A stretch of 64,000 nucleotides of DNA from an uncultured Chlamydiae bacterium (GTDB lineage Bacteria; Chlamydiota; Chlamydiia; Chlamydiales; Parachlamydiaceae), in contig CAVWGN010000001.1 of NCBI GenBank assembly GCA_963754655.1, forward strand, positions 576,001-640,000, given 5' to 3'. The translations under genes and the position numbers were made by a program. Of the stretch, positions 40,953 to 55,515 are shown in pieces. Each line of letters begins with the position of its first letter. The stretch's first letter is position 1. The notes under the pieces were generated by a model. The model saw only the letters and a list, made by a program, of their open reading frames with translations. It did not search any database and was not told the DNA's origin.

Positions 40953-42074
40953 ATGAGTTGTGAGTTGATTGAAGAATTAGTTCAAGATAAGTTTAAGTCA
41001 GCTGGCATTAATTTTGAAAAAGAAAATCCGTGTGGTTTGCAAATACACGATCCTCGCTTTTATGAAAGAGTTTTTAAGAAAGGTTCCTTGGGATTAGGCG
41101 AATCCTATATGGAAGGGTGGTGGGATGCCAAGCGCATCGATGATTTGATTTATCATGTGGCTAAGGCTGATTTGGAATCAAATATGAAGCCTTCTTTACA
41201 GCAAATTTGGCATATTTCCAAATATTTTTTGTTCAATCGGCAATCAAAGAGTCGAGCAATAGAAGTTGGTAAGAAACATTACGATATTGGCAATGATCTT
41301 TTCATCAAGATGCTTGATAAGCGTATGACTTATTCTTGTGCTTACTGGAAAAATGCCTCTAATTTAGATGAAGCGCAAGAAGCGAAATTAGAACTAATTT
41401 GTCAAAAGCTCTATCTTAAACCCGGAATGAAAATATTGGATATCGGTTGTGGATGGGGAAGTTTGGCCAAATATGCAGCCGAAAAGTATCAAGTGCAAGT
41501 CACAGGAATTACAATCTCTCAGCAACAGTTAGAATTAGCAAAAATACTTTGTCAAGGCCTGCCTATTGATCTTTGCTTCCAAGATTATCGTGATGTCAAT
41601 GGAGTTTTTGATCGCATTGTATCCGTTGGTCAAATGGAACATGTGGGATACAAAAATTATCGCGATTACATGCAAATCGTTCATCGTTGTTTAAAGGAGG
41701 ATGGTCTTTTTCTTCTTCATACAATCGGCAGTAATAAAACGACGAAAAGTGTGGATCCTTGGATTGAAAAATACATTTTTCCCAATGGACAAATTCCTTC
41801 GGCAGATCAGCTGACAACAGCTGCCAATGACCTCTTTATTTTAGAAGATTGGCATAACTTTGGAGCTTATTACGATAAAACACTGATGGCTTGGTATCAT
41901 AATTTTGTGCAAAATTGGGATACATTAAAATTGCAATATGATGAGCGCTTCTATCGCATGTGGACTTATTATTTATTAGCCTGTGCAGGGACCTTTCGTG
42001 CTCGTATGCTTCAATTGTGGCAGATCATTTTTGTCAAAAAAGGTGTTCCAGGTGGGTATATTTGTGTTCGTTAA
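40953..42074 (+). CDS. cfa: Cyclopropane-fatty-acyl-phospholipid synthase
   Basis: GSLGLGESYMEGWW, HYDIGNDLF, YSCAYW, LDIGCGWG, YIFPNG, RMWTYYL. Confidence 0.95.
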   Translation: MSCELIEELVQDKFKSAGINFEKENPCGLQIHDPRFYERVFKKGSLGLGESYMEGWWDAKRIDDLIYHVAKADLESNMKPSLQQIWHISKYFLFNRQSKSRAIEVGKKHYDIGNDLFIKMLDKRMTYSCAYWKNASNLDEAQEAKLELICQKLYLKPGMKILDIGCGWGSLAKYAAEKYQVQVTGITISQQQLELAKILCQGLPIDLCFQDYRDVNGVFDRIVSVGQMEHVGYKNYRDYMQIVHRCLKEDGLFLLHTIGSNKTTKSVDPWIEKYIFPNGQIPSADQLTTAANDLFILEDWHNFGAYYDKTLMAWYHNFVQNWDTLKLQYDERFYRMWTYYLLACAGTFRARMLQLWQIIFVKKGVPGGYICVR

Positions 42075-42278
42075 AAAATTTATCATTAAGCAGTAAAATT
42101 ATTCGTTATTTTTCTTCAAGAAACTCCCCAAGCTGGAACTGTAAATATGTATAAATAAAAATATTTAATTTGATAAGATAATTTGAGATAAGTTAAGGGC
42201 TTTATGAAAGCTTCTATTTTAGACTGATGGTACCGTTTGAAAATGATTTTACAAGCTTTAGATCAGAACTAGAATAAG

Positions 42279-42758
42279 AATTTTGGCATGGTTCAAAAAG
42301 AGTAAATTTTGGGTAACATGTTTATGCCGTCCTTTCAGGACTCGATGTCCTTTTGATAGAACCCAGGCCTCCGCTTCGCTGCGACCTGGCTGTAATAGAC
42401 TGGCCCTTCAGGCCTAACAAAAGGACTATTTAGGGAGTATAGAAGAGGGGCTTAAACATCTCTTGTTAAGGCCTGAAGCGCCGGCCGTTCAGACCTTAAC
42501 AAAAAAACTATTTAGGGACTAGAGAAGAGGGGCTTAAACATCTTTTGTTAAGGCCTGAAGCGCCGGCCCTTCAGGCCTTAACAAAAAGACTATTTAGGGA
42601 CCAGAGAAGAGGGGCTTAAACATCTTGTTAAGGCCTGAAGGGCCGTTATGTTACAGCCCAGGTCGCAGCGAAGCGGAGGCCTGGGTTCTATCAAAAAGAC
42701 ATCGAGTCCTGAAAGGACGGCATAAACAAGTTACCTTCAATTGAACCATGCCAAAATT
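42279..42758. repeat. Family A palindrome with three tandem ~82-bp internal units
   Basis: Terminal AATTTTGGCATGGTTCAA / TTGAACCATGCCAAAATT; internal units start at 42402, 42483, 42565. Confidence 0.93.
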
Positions 42759-43038
42759 TTTCTATCATGGAAAATTAAAAGGAATTCTAAGTTAAAATAA
42801 ATTGACATCGCACAAAAAATTACAAGAACCTTTTTTGGAATGGATAAAGATGAAAGATAAGGTTGAAGAAATGATGAATCAATTGCTTACAGGATCCCGT
42901 CAGGCTATTTGATACAAATATGTTAATTTGGTGCCAAAGAAGCAACGAAAAAGTTGCGAAATTGATTTCTAGTACTAAATCAAGAAATAATGAAGATCTC
43001 AATTTCCATAAGCATATAACGTTTAGAAGAGTCGAATA

Positions 43039-44493
43039 TTGAACAAACGAATAGACAGGTTGCCTAAGCTTGCATCAATAGCCATTGTCGGAGGTGGATT
43101 TTCAGGGATTTGTACTGCCATCCATCTCATGATAAATGCAAGCCAGCCTATTATCATTCACATTATTGAAAAACGATCTAATCTTTGTAAAGGGATTGCC
43201 TATGGAACTCCTTCACCTGCTCACCTCCTGAATGTTAGAGCGGGTAGAATGGAAGCTCTGGCAGGACACTCTGGTCATTTTTACTCCTGGTTAGATGCTC
43301 AAGTCAATCTCTGGCATCCTATTCACCCAACATTTCAATCCTTACAGATCAATTCTGAGAGTTATCTGCCAAGAAAGCTCTATGCTGCTTACTTGCAAGA
43401 TTTGTTTTATCAGGTCCAAACTCTGGCTTTGCAAAAAGGGATTATGTGTCATGTTCAGTATGATGAAGCCCAAGAGGCTAACTTGCTCGCAGATGGGCTG
43501 ATTGAAGTTGTTTTAAAGAGCAAATCTTTTTTGCTTGTCGATTATTTGGTATTAGCTACCGGAGTTCCTTCTCATCGGGCCCTGTCATTCGAAAAACCTT
43601 CCTTGTTAAAGCAACCTGCATACATTCGCGATATTTGGGATTCCAACGTAGAAAGCTATTTGCAGGATCAATTTATGGGAGACAAGGGAAAAGGTAAAAA
43701 AATTGTCATTATTGGATCGGGACTAACGGCTGTAGATGTGCTATTTACTTTGCACTCTATGCATTATCAAGGGGTTTTCCATTTTATTTCCAGACATGGT
43801 AGATTTCCTGAAGTCCACTCTGTAAAACTTTTGCCATTATTGCCAGATTTCAAGGCAAGCGAGCTTCCAAATCAAATCCTTGATTTGATTCAATTCTTTA
43901 AGTCTCAGCTTAAAAAAGGCTTGCAAGATCATCTGGATTGGAGACAAATAATAGATGCTTTTAGGCACTGCACGCAAGCTCTTTGGCAATCATTTTCTTT
44001 ACCAACAAAACAACAATTCATGCGCCATGTATTCTTTTTATGGAATAAACATCGCCATCGAATGTCCCCCCAAAGCTTTGAATTAGTCAAATTTTATCAA
44101 ACCAAGAATGCTTTGACGTTGACTGCAGGTATTGTTCAAGAAGTGGGTCCTCTTCCTAATGGGAAACTGCAAGTAAAATCTTTTTCAAAAGATAGGCACT
44201 TACTCAAGATGGAAGAGACAGATTGTGTCATCAATTGCTCCGGACATGATTATCGAATCATTCATCATCCTGATCTCTTAATCCAACATTTATTGAAAAA
44301 GCAAATTGTTTTGCCGGATGATATGGGATTAGGCCTTAAGCTAATTCAAAAAGAAATGGTAGCAGGAAAAGGAGAAGGAAAAATCTATGCGCTTGGAGCT
44401 CTTCTTTTTGGAGAATTATTTGAAACCATTGCTGTCCCAGAAATTAGAGAGCAAGCGCATTCTATTGCGAAAACAATTCTTAGTCATTTATAA
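43039..44493 (+). CDS. FAD/NAD(P)-binding protein
   Basis: IAIVGGGFSG, GIAY..HLLNVRAGRM, LVLATG, IIGSGLTAVD, RHRM, ETIAVPEIREQA; TTG start. Confidence 0.85.
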   Translation: MNKRIDRLPKLASIAIVGGGFSGICTAIHLMINASQPIIIHIIEKRSNLCKGIAYGTPSPAHLLNVRAGRMEALAGHSGHFYSWLDAQVNLWHPIHPTFQSLQINSESYLPRKLYAAYLQDLFYQVQTLALQKGIMCHVQYDEAQEANLLADGLIEVVLKSKSFLLVDYLVLATGVPSHRALSFEKPSLLKQPAYIRDIWDSNVESYLQDQFMGDKGKGKKIVIIGSGLTAVDVLFTLHSMHYQGVFHFISRHGRFPEVHSVKLLPLLPDFKASELPNQILDLIQFFKSQLKKGLQDHLDWRQIIDAFRHCTQALWQSFSLPTKQQFMRHVFFLWNKHRHRMSPQSFELVKFYQTKNALTLTAGIVQEVGPLPNGKLQVKSFSKDRHLLKMEETDCVINCSGHDYRIIHHPDLLIQHLLKKQIVLPDDMGLGLKLIQKEMVAGKGEGKIYALGALLFGELFETIAVPEIREQAHSIAKTILSHL

Positions 44494-44591
44494 GTGCGTA
44501 TATAAGCGATGTTCCTGTTTTTTAAACGCTGTCGATAATAAATCTTAGACTGATTATAGAATACAATGAAAATCAGAACTTTACTATTATC

Positions 44592-44627
44592 TATTCCTTG
44601 CGATCAAGTAGTTGATCGCAAGGAATA
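44592..44627. terminator. Hairpin between convergent genes, probable terminator
   Basis: TATTCCTTGCGATCAA-GTAG-TTGATCGCAAGGAATA. Confidence 0.75.
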
Positions 44628-44645
44628 TAACAAAAACTCGTAAGC

Positions 44646-46127
44646 TTAGCCATTTTCCTGAATAGCCAAGAGAATTTCTGGATCGTTTCTAAGGCTTTCA
44701 TCTGCATATCGAAGTGCACATCGAAGAGCCTTTTCCTGAATGATCTCGCTTATACTGTCAAAACATCTTACGACAGCCAAGACAATCTCTCGATCTTTTT
44801 TAAGGCTTTCATCTGCATATTCAAGAGCATAGCCATTTTGTTGAACGGCAGCCAAGACAATCTTTCGATCTTTTTTAAGTGTTTCATCTGCAAGTTGAAG
44901 AATGCGTCCATCGTGCTTAATAGCAGTCAAGATAATGTCTCGATCTTTTTTAAGGCTTCCATCTGCATATTGAAGATACCAGCCATTTTGCTTAATAGCA
45001 GCCAAGACAATGTCTCGATCTTTTTTAAGGCTTTCATCTGCATATTCAAGAACCTCCCCATCTTGCTGAACGGCAGCCAAGACGATCTCTCGATCTTTTC
45101 TAAGGCTTGTAGCTGCAAATTCAAGAACACTACCAGCTTCCTGAACAGCTGCCAAGACAATTTCTCGATCTTTTTTTAGGCTGTCATCTGCATATTGCAA
45201 AGCTTTACCATTTTGCTGAACGGCAGCCAAGACAATCTCTCGATCTTTTTTAAAGCTTTCATCCGCAAATTGAAGAGTAGTGCCAGATTTCTTAACGGCA
45301 GTCAAGACGATCTCTCGATCTTTTTTAAAGCTTTCATCTGCTTGTATAAGAGCCCAGCCATTTTGCTGAACCGTAGCCAAGACAATCTCTCGATCTTTTT
45401 TAAAGCTTTCATCTATATCAAAAACAGAAAATCCAAAACAGTGAGCAAATTGAATAAAAATTTTTTTATCGTTAAGATGGCGAAACTTTTTAAGAGTAGA
45501 GAGGACAGCTATTTGTGCCTCGTACCATTTTAGATTAAATTCAATGCCAAGGTAAAATTTTTCAATAAAGTCATTTTTGATAAGAGTTAATCGTTCTTCA
45601 TCAGTGCCTGATATAAGAGAGTTTAAAATAGACAATTGATTTTCAGCAATTATCTGGATGCGTTGATTGGCGCTGTTGTTGCAGAGTTGAGGCTCCCATA
45701 TATAGCGATGCAAAAGAGGAAAAAATAAACTCTTCGATTGAAATAATTCTGAATCCATCATCAACAACTCTTCAAAGGCTCTTCCTCTCCTCAGAGCTCG
45801 ATCCATCAATTTAAGTTCCTTAGATGTAAAATTCTTTTTTTGTTCTGTTTCGATACACTCTCGAGGAGGCTTAATAGTGGTGAATCGATCGCTGTGTTTA
45901 ATTTGAAAAAGAGTCTGCAATAATGAAATGCAAGGATTTGTTTTAAGAACCCCTTCCCATTTTTTACAGGTAAGTAAAATGGAAGAAATATCACGTAAAG
46001 GTTGGTTCTGTTGATTGACAATCTGATCAAAAACAATTTCTAATATCTCATTAGGAATGGTTGTATCTAATGAGAATTCCTCTGAATTATTTTCCATTGT
46101 TTTTGAATGAAAATTAGTGATTTGCAT
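44646..46127 (-). CDS. F-box-like plus DUF4116-type 25-aa repeat protein, candidate effector
   Basis: TIPNEILEIVFDQI...ILLTCKKW; about 10 repeats of LQYADESLKKDREIVLAAVQQNG. Confidence 0.85.
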   Translation of the reverse strand: MQITNFHSKTMENNSEEFSLDTTIPNEILEIVFDQIVNQQNQPLRDISSILLTCKKWEGVLKTNPCISLLQTLFQIKHSDRFTTIKPPRECIETEQKKNFTSKELKLMDRALRRGRAFEELLMMDSELFQSKSLFFPLLHRYIWEPQLCNNSANQRIQIIAENQLSILNSLISGTDEERLTLIKNDFIEKFYLGIEFNLKWYEAQIAVLSTLKKFRHLNDKKIFIQFAHCFGFSVFDIDESFKKDREIVLATVQQNGWALIQADESFKKDREIVLTAVKKSGTTLQFADESFKKDREIVLAAVQQNGKALQYADDSLKKDREIVLAAVQEAGSVLEFAATSLRKDREIVLAAVQQDGEVLEYADESLKKDRDIVLAAIKQNGWYLQYADGSLKKDRDIILTAIKHDGRILQLADETLKKDRKIVLAAVQQNGYALEYADESLKKDREIVLAVVRCFDSISEIIQEKALRCALRYADESLRNDPEILLAIQENG

Positions 46128-46269
46128 AATTATCCTTTAATTTAATTATTTATTTTAATATTTGGTGATAATTTTTATTAAACAAATATAATAACAAGTA
46201 ACTTAAATTATAAGTAGATTTATTTAATCTCCAAGATTAGTAACACTCGGATTGAATGAATATATATTA

Positions 46270-46660
46270 AATTTTTTTATTGACAATTCCTTCTCTATTT
46301 GCTATCATAAGAATTGAGGAGAGATTAAAGAATCTTTATAGATTTCTCTCCTCTTTTTGAATTTAAATTTTTTATTTGACAAATTTAATAGAATTTAGTA
46401 TCTTGAAGATAGATGTAAGGGAATGAAATCTTTAAGAAGATTTCTTCCCTTTTGTGAACGACAATTTGAGGTGAGAGTAAGGAATCTTTTAGGTTTCTCT
46501 CTCCCTCTTTATTAATTAAAGATTTTTATTGACAAGGTCTGTGAAATCTGTTAATCTAAATATAGAGTTAGGGAAATGAAATCCTTGAAACGATTTCTTT
46601 CCCTTTTGAAAAATGTATTTTGAGGAGAGATCAAAAATTTGTGTATCTCTCCTCATTTAA
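46270..46660 (+). ncRNA. Array of three promoters and five related hairpins; candidate small RNAs or attenuators upstream of the rRNA operon
   Basis: TTGACA-N17-TATCAT (46280), TTGACA-N17-TATCTT (46376), TTGACA-N17-TAATCT (46529); hairpins at 46316-46353, 46417-46451, 46468-46507, 46570-46604, 46621-46655, each followed by Ts. Confidence 0.55.
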
Positions 46661-47014
46661 AGAGAAGTAAAAAAGCTAACATAATTCTTGTAAGAAAAAT
46701 CAAATAATATTATTATTAAATAATAAATAGAAATGAATAGTTCGTTTCTTGTTTTTCCGGTGTAATAATTTAAATTAAATTTCCGTCAACCTAAACTTTA
46801 GAATGTAAAGATTATCAAAAAACTTTGACATTCTGTTTGACACTTTCGAATGATGCACTTTTTACATCGAGCTTTTTGGCGAAAAGATGCAAATGAAGTC
46901 AAAACTTATCAAAAAATTGAGCCGGCATTGGCTAAAAATAAAACGGGTGTAAGAAAAAAAAGAGGGTTGACATAAGGGTGTGAATAAGTTTTAGAAAAAA
47001 TTTAGAAAAAGCTA

Positions 47015-47044
47015 TTGCGTTAAATCGTCAATATTTTGTATGTT
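47015..47044 (+). promoter_or_regulatory. Candidate proximal rRNA promoter
   Basis: TTGCGT-N18-TATGTT preceded by A-tracts (UP-like), about 210 bp before 16S. Confidence 0.4.
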
Positions 47045-47254
47045 TGTAACTTCTCACGAACGAATCGCGAAAAAAAAGTGAAAGAGTGGATGAGAAAAGA
47101 GCGGATGCCGTGAGCATCTGCAAGATGTTTTGACAGTATAAGAGAGACAATGTGCAAGTATGAATAATAGAGCTTGTGTGTGATGGTTTAACTGTCACAT
47201 AGTAGAGGCCTAAGCAATTAGGCAAGCTACACAAATTTTCAAGATTTTTATTTT

Positions 47255-48796
<1,542 letters not shown>

Positions 48797-49124
48797 TAAG
48801 GACAGTTTGCTATTTTAGTATAGCAAACAGGTTGGGCAAGCTCTATCACTTGTACATTGTCTTCCTCGTACTGTCAAAGCACATACGTTATTTTGAAAGT
48901 CATATTAGATAATCAAGTTAATCTCAAAAGCGAATGATTTATTTATAATAAATCATTTGAATAGTACAGATGATGCTAAAACGTCATCAAAAAAAAACAA
49001 TTCACTGATAAAAATCAGCGCTTGAGGATAATCTTCACACAAAAAAAGTAAGTAGAATAGCATAACATAAGTGTCATACTTATGTTGAGTCGTACTCATA
49101 CTTAATTGCTTGAGACTAAATTTT

Positions 49125-52074
<2,950 letters not shown>

Positions 52075-52217
52075 CCTTTTTTTTTACTGAAGGAAGAGAC
52101 ATCCCCTTCAGCACATCTAAGTGTGGTCGCAAATTACATATCAAGCGAGTGTGAAGAGAGTCTTCAAGCGCTGATTTTTATCAAAGAATGATTAACGACA
52201 TTTCTAATATGACTTTT

Positions 52218-52333
52218 GCTTGGTGATATTAGAGAAGGGGAAATACCTGATCCCATTCCGAACTCAGAAGTCAAGCCTTTCATCGCCGATGGTACTGCAC
52301 ACAAGAGTGTGGGAGAGTAGGTCATCGCCAAGC
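52218..52333 (+). rRNA. rrf: 5S rRNA
   Basis: GCTTGGTGAT...CCCATTCCGAAC...GCCGATGGTACT...GGGAGAGTAGG...CGCCAAGC. Confidence 0.97.
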
Positions 52334-52343
52334 TTTTTCTTTC

Positions 52344-52380
52344 AGCCTTAGAAGCTCTTCGCTTCTAAGGCTTTTTTTTT
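52344..52380 (+). terminator. rRNA operon terminator
   Basis: AGCCTTAGAAGC-TCTTC-GCTTCTAAGGCT followed by a T run. Confidence 0.9.
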
Positions 52381-52533
52381 GCTCTGCATTGATTGTAGAC
52401 AGATGATCGGCTTCCTTTTAAAAATGCTTTTCTTAAAAATTTTAGCTATAATGCTTTCAAAGTAATTGATCATCGGATAAAATTAAGACTCCTATAAATA
52501 AATAAAAATAGGTATGTCAAGGAGGTTATTTCT

Positions 52534-53022
52534 ATGAATGATAAAATCTATAAAGCTTTAAACGAACAAATTAAGCATGAATTTTATTCTTCTTTTCTCT
52601 ATTTAGCGATTGCGTCTTACTTTGAAAATGTCCCTTTGGACGGTTTTATGAAGTGGTTTCGTAAGCAAGCGCAAGAAGAGCATGAACATGCAATGAAGAT
52701 TTATCAATATATTAACGATCGTAACATGCAAGTTGAGATTCCAGCGATCGATAAAACACCAGCAAAATTTAATTCTATTCAGGAAGTTTTTGAACTGGCA
52801 CTTGCGCATGAGAAAAAGGTGACGCATTGGATTTATGAGATCTATGAACTTGCGGTTAGAGAAAAAGATCATGCGACACATGTCTTTTTGCAGTGGTTTA
52901 TTATGGAGCAAGTAGAAGAAGAAAAAAATGCGCAAGATAATTTAGATCAAATTAAGTTGATTGGTGATGATAAAGCAGGCTTGTTTATCCTGGATCAGGA
53001 ATTTGCTAAAAAAGTCAGCTAA
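52534..53022 (+). CDS. ftnA: Ferritin
   Basis: LNEQIKHEFYSS.LY, QAQEEHEHAMK, HEKKVT, FLQWFIMEQVEEE; AAGGAGG RBS. Confidence 0.93.
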   Translation: MNDKIYKALNEQIKHEFYSSFLYLAIASYFENVPLDGFMKWFRKQAQEEHEHAMKIYQYINDRNMQVEIPAIDKTPAKFNSIQEVFELALAHEKKVTHWIYEIYELAVREKDHATHVFLQWFIMEQVEEEKNAQDNLDQIKLIGDDKAGLFILDQEFAKKVS

Positions 53023-53117
53023 AACCAAAGTCACACAATCAAGTCGATGAGAAATAAGAAATGCAAGCAGGAAGGCAAATGACTTTGCCTTCCTGAATAT
53101 GAAAGGCAGGTTCTTTA

Positions 53118-53741
53118 TTAAGAAAAGTCTGTATTTCTTTGGCTAATTCTTTCAACTGTTTCAACGATTGTTTGTGTTTGAGAGTCAAGTTCAACATTGA
53201 CCAGATCGCCTTCTTTCTTTTTTCCAAAAGTGGTGAGACGCAATGTCTCAGGAATAAGATGAATCAAAAAGTAGCCCTTTTCCCTATTGATATTGCCTAA
53301 AGTCAAGCTGACGCCATCCAATGCAATAAAGCCTTTACAAAAGAAATATTTCATCCACTCTTGAGGCACTTGTATACTCATACTGACATTGTTCGGTGCT
53401 TTTTCTACTTTTTCTATTTTCCCTGTCCCATAAACATGCCCTGATAATACATGACCGCCGATCTCATCGCCAAATTTGGCTGATCGTTCAATATTGACTT
53501 GATCATTAGAAGCAAGATAAGCCAACGTTGTTCGATTTAAGGTGTCTTGGATTGCGTCAAACCAAACATGATTGCCTTCAATTTTTATAACGGTTTGACA
53601 AACACCATTGACAGAGAGACTTGCGCCTAGCTCAAGTCCTTTTAATAAGTCTTTAGTTAAAGCCACAGCGTATTTCAACATTCCTGGGTGATGTTGGATA
53701 TGCACGATCTGACATAGACCTTTGACAATTCCAGTAAACAT
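53118..53741 (-). CDS. ribE: Riboflavin synthase (alpha subunit; ribC in E. coli nomenclature)
   Basis: MFTGIV, SVNGVCQTV, VNIER, GGHVLSGHV, KGFIALDGVSLT, LIPET. Confidence 0.96.
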   Translation of the reverse strand: MFTGIVKGLCQIVHIQHHPGMLKYAVALTKDLLKGLELGASLSVNGVCQTVIKIEGNHVWFDAIQDTLNRTTLAYLASNDQVNIERSAKFGDEIGGHVLSGHVYGTGKIEKVEKAPNNVSMSIQVPQEWMKYFFCKGFIALDGVSLTLGNINREKGYFLIHLIPETLRLTTFGKKKEGDLVNVELDSQTQTIVETVERISQRNTDFS

Positions 53742-53887
53742 TTTTCTCCGAAAAGGGAAATAAAAGAGAATGATACTCTAAAAAAAATTAATGGAAAAGT
53801 AAGAATAAACCCACATTCCTAGACCAGGAAGATAAGTTTTTTGAATTAGTTAAGAGCTCTGTCGTTAGGCCTAAAGGGCCGTCATGT

Positions 53888-55153
53888 TGTTTAGGTACAA
53901 TACATAGGTAACACTATTGGACAAGACATAGGTAACACTTTTAAATAGGCAATAAAAAGTTTATTTGAGGTGGATTATGCCTTGGGAAAATAGAGGTACT
54001 ATGTCAATGAAAGAAGAATTTATAAAAAGAGCCTTAAGTCAAACAGTGAATTTTAGTCAATTATGCCAAGAATTTAAAATTAGTAGAAAGACAGGTTATA
54101 AATGGCTTAATCGCTACACTGAAGAAGGAATATTAGGTCTAGTGGAACATTCCAAGAGACCGATTGTTTGCCCAGATCAAACATCGAATGAGATGGTTGA
54201 TCTAATTCTTGAGATTCAAAAGCAATATCCTGCTTGGGGAGGAAGAAAATTAAGACAAGTCCTCATCAATCAAGGACATCAGGATTTGCCTTGTGAAAAG
54301 ACATTCAATCGTCTGCTTAGTAAGCATAGAGAAATTTACATCCAAAAACCAGTCAAAGCTTTTATAAGATTTGAGCGATCACAACCTAACGAATTATGGC
54401 AGATGGATTTTAAGGGTCATTTTCAAATTGAAGAAGGAAGATGCCATCCTTTAACAATTTTAGATGATCATTCACGCTTTTCGATTTGCTTAAAGGCCTG
54501 CTTATCAGAAAGTGAGGCTTGCGTTCGACAAGCTTTGGAAGATTGTTTTCGCCAATACGGCTTGCCGGATGCTATGACTATGGATAATGGCTCTCCTTGG
54601 AAAGGAAGCCCTCCTTTTCGTTTGTCAAGGCTGACTGTTTGGCTTATGAGATTAGGGATCAAGGTTAGTCATTCTAGGCCTTATCATCCTCAGACACAAG
54701 GAAAAGATGAACGATTTCACCGGACTTTAAAAGAAGAGGTTTTAAAATTTTATCAATTTAAAAACTTAGCAGATATTCAGCAGCGCTTTGATGAATGGCG
54801 TGAAGTATATAATTGTATTAGGCCACATGATGGTATTAACTTGCAATGTCCAGCTCAGCGCTATAAACCGAGTCTCAAACTATTTCCTGAAAGGCTTGAG
54901 CCTCTTGAATATCCATTCGTTGATGAAATAAGAAAAGTGGGGGTGTGTGGCACTATATCTTTTAAAGATAAGGCCTATTTCGTGGGTGAGCATTTATCTA
55001 AAGAATATGTTGGTTTAGTGGAAAAAGAGGAAGGAACTTTTGATGTCTATTTTGCAACAACGAAAATTCAAAGATTAAATTTAAGGAATAATTCATGAAA
55101 AAGTGTTACCTATGTCTTGTCCAATAGTGTTACCTTTCTCTTGTCCTTAAACA
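53888..55153 (+). mobile_element. IS481-family insertion sequence, 1266 bp, 5-bp target duplication CATGT
   Basis: TGT...ACA ends; ~54-bp imperfect terminal inverted repeats each with two AGGTAACACT sub-repeats; CATGT at 53883-53887 and 55154-55158. Confidence 0.93.
53977..55098 (+). CDS. IS481-family DDE transposase (ORF track starts at 53965)
   Basis: MPW start, ISRKTGYKW HTH, WQMDFKG, MDNGSPW, HPQTQGKDERFHRT, YNCIRPH. Confidence 0.95.
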   Translation: MPWENRGTMSMKEEFIKRALSQTVNFSQLCQEFKISRKTGYKWLNRYTEEGILGLVEHSKRPIVCPDQTSNEMVDLILEIQKQYPAWGGRKLRQVLINQGHQDLPCEKTFNRLLSKHREIYIQKPVKAFIRFERSQPNELWQMDFKGHFQIEEGRCHPLTILDDHSRFSICLKACLSESEACVRQALEDCFRQYGLPDAMTMDNGSPWKGSPPFRLSRLTVWLMRLGIKVSHSRPYHPQTQGKDERFHRTLKEEVLKFYQFKNLADIQQRFDEWREVYNCIRPHDGINLQCPAQRYKPSLKLFPERLEPLEYPFVDEIRKVGVCGTISFKDKAYFVGEHLSKEYVGLVEKEEGTFDVYFATTKIQRLNLRNNS

Positions 55154-55515
55154 CATGTTACAGCCCAGGTCGAAGCGAAGCGGAGGCCTGGGTAAAATAA
55201 AAAAAGAATCGAGTTCTGAAAGGACGGCATAAATTAATCCCACAAATATTTGGTGTTCTTTTTGAGAAGCAAGATATTTTTTTCTCCTTCTAGAGCTAAT
55301 GTAGAGATAGAAAATCCTCCATTCCCTTGCGAAGCGAAATCACTCCTTTGAGTATGCCGTCCTTTCAGGACTCGATTCTTTTTTATTTTACCCAGGCCTC
55401 CGCTTCGCTGCGACCTGGGCTGTAACATGACGGCCCTTCAGGCCTAACGACAGAGCTCTTATCTAATTCAAAAAACTTATTCTCCTGGTCTAGGAATGTG
55501 GGATAAAAGATAGAA

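Larger units (their letters stand above)
53810..55502. repeat. Family A palindrome (arms in opposite orientation to the 18k/42k copies); left arm interrupted by the IS
   Basis: 53810-53887 plus 55159-55231 reconstruct the reverse complement of 55353-55502. Confidence 0.92.

Noticed and set aside
42402..42645. CRISPR-like repeat-spacer pattern
   Set aside because: The apparent spacers are near-identical to each other, so these are tandem copies.
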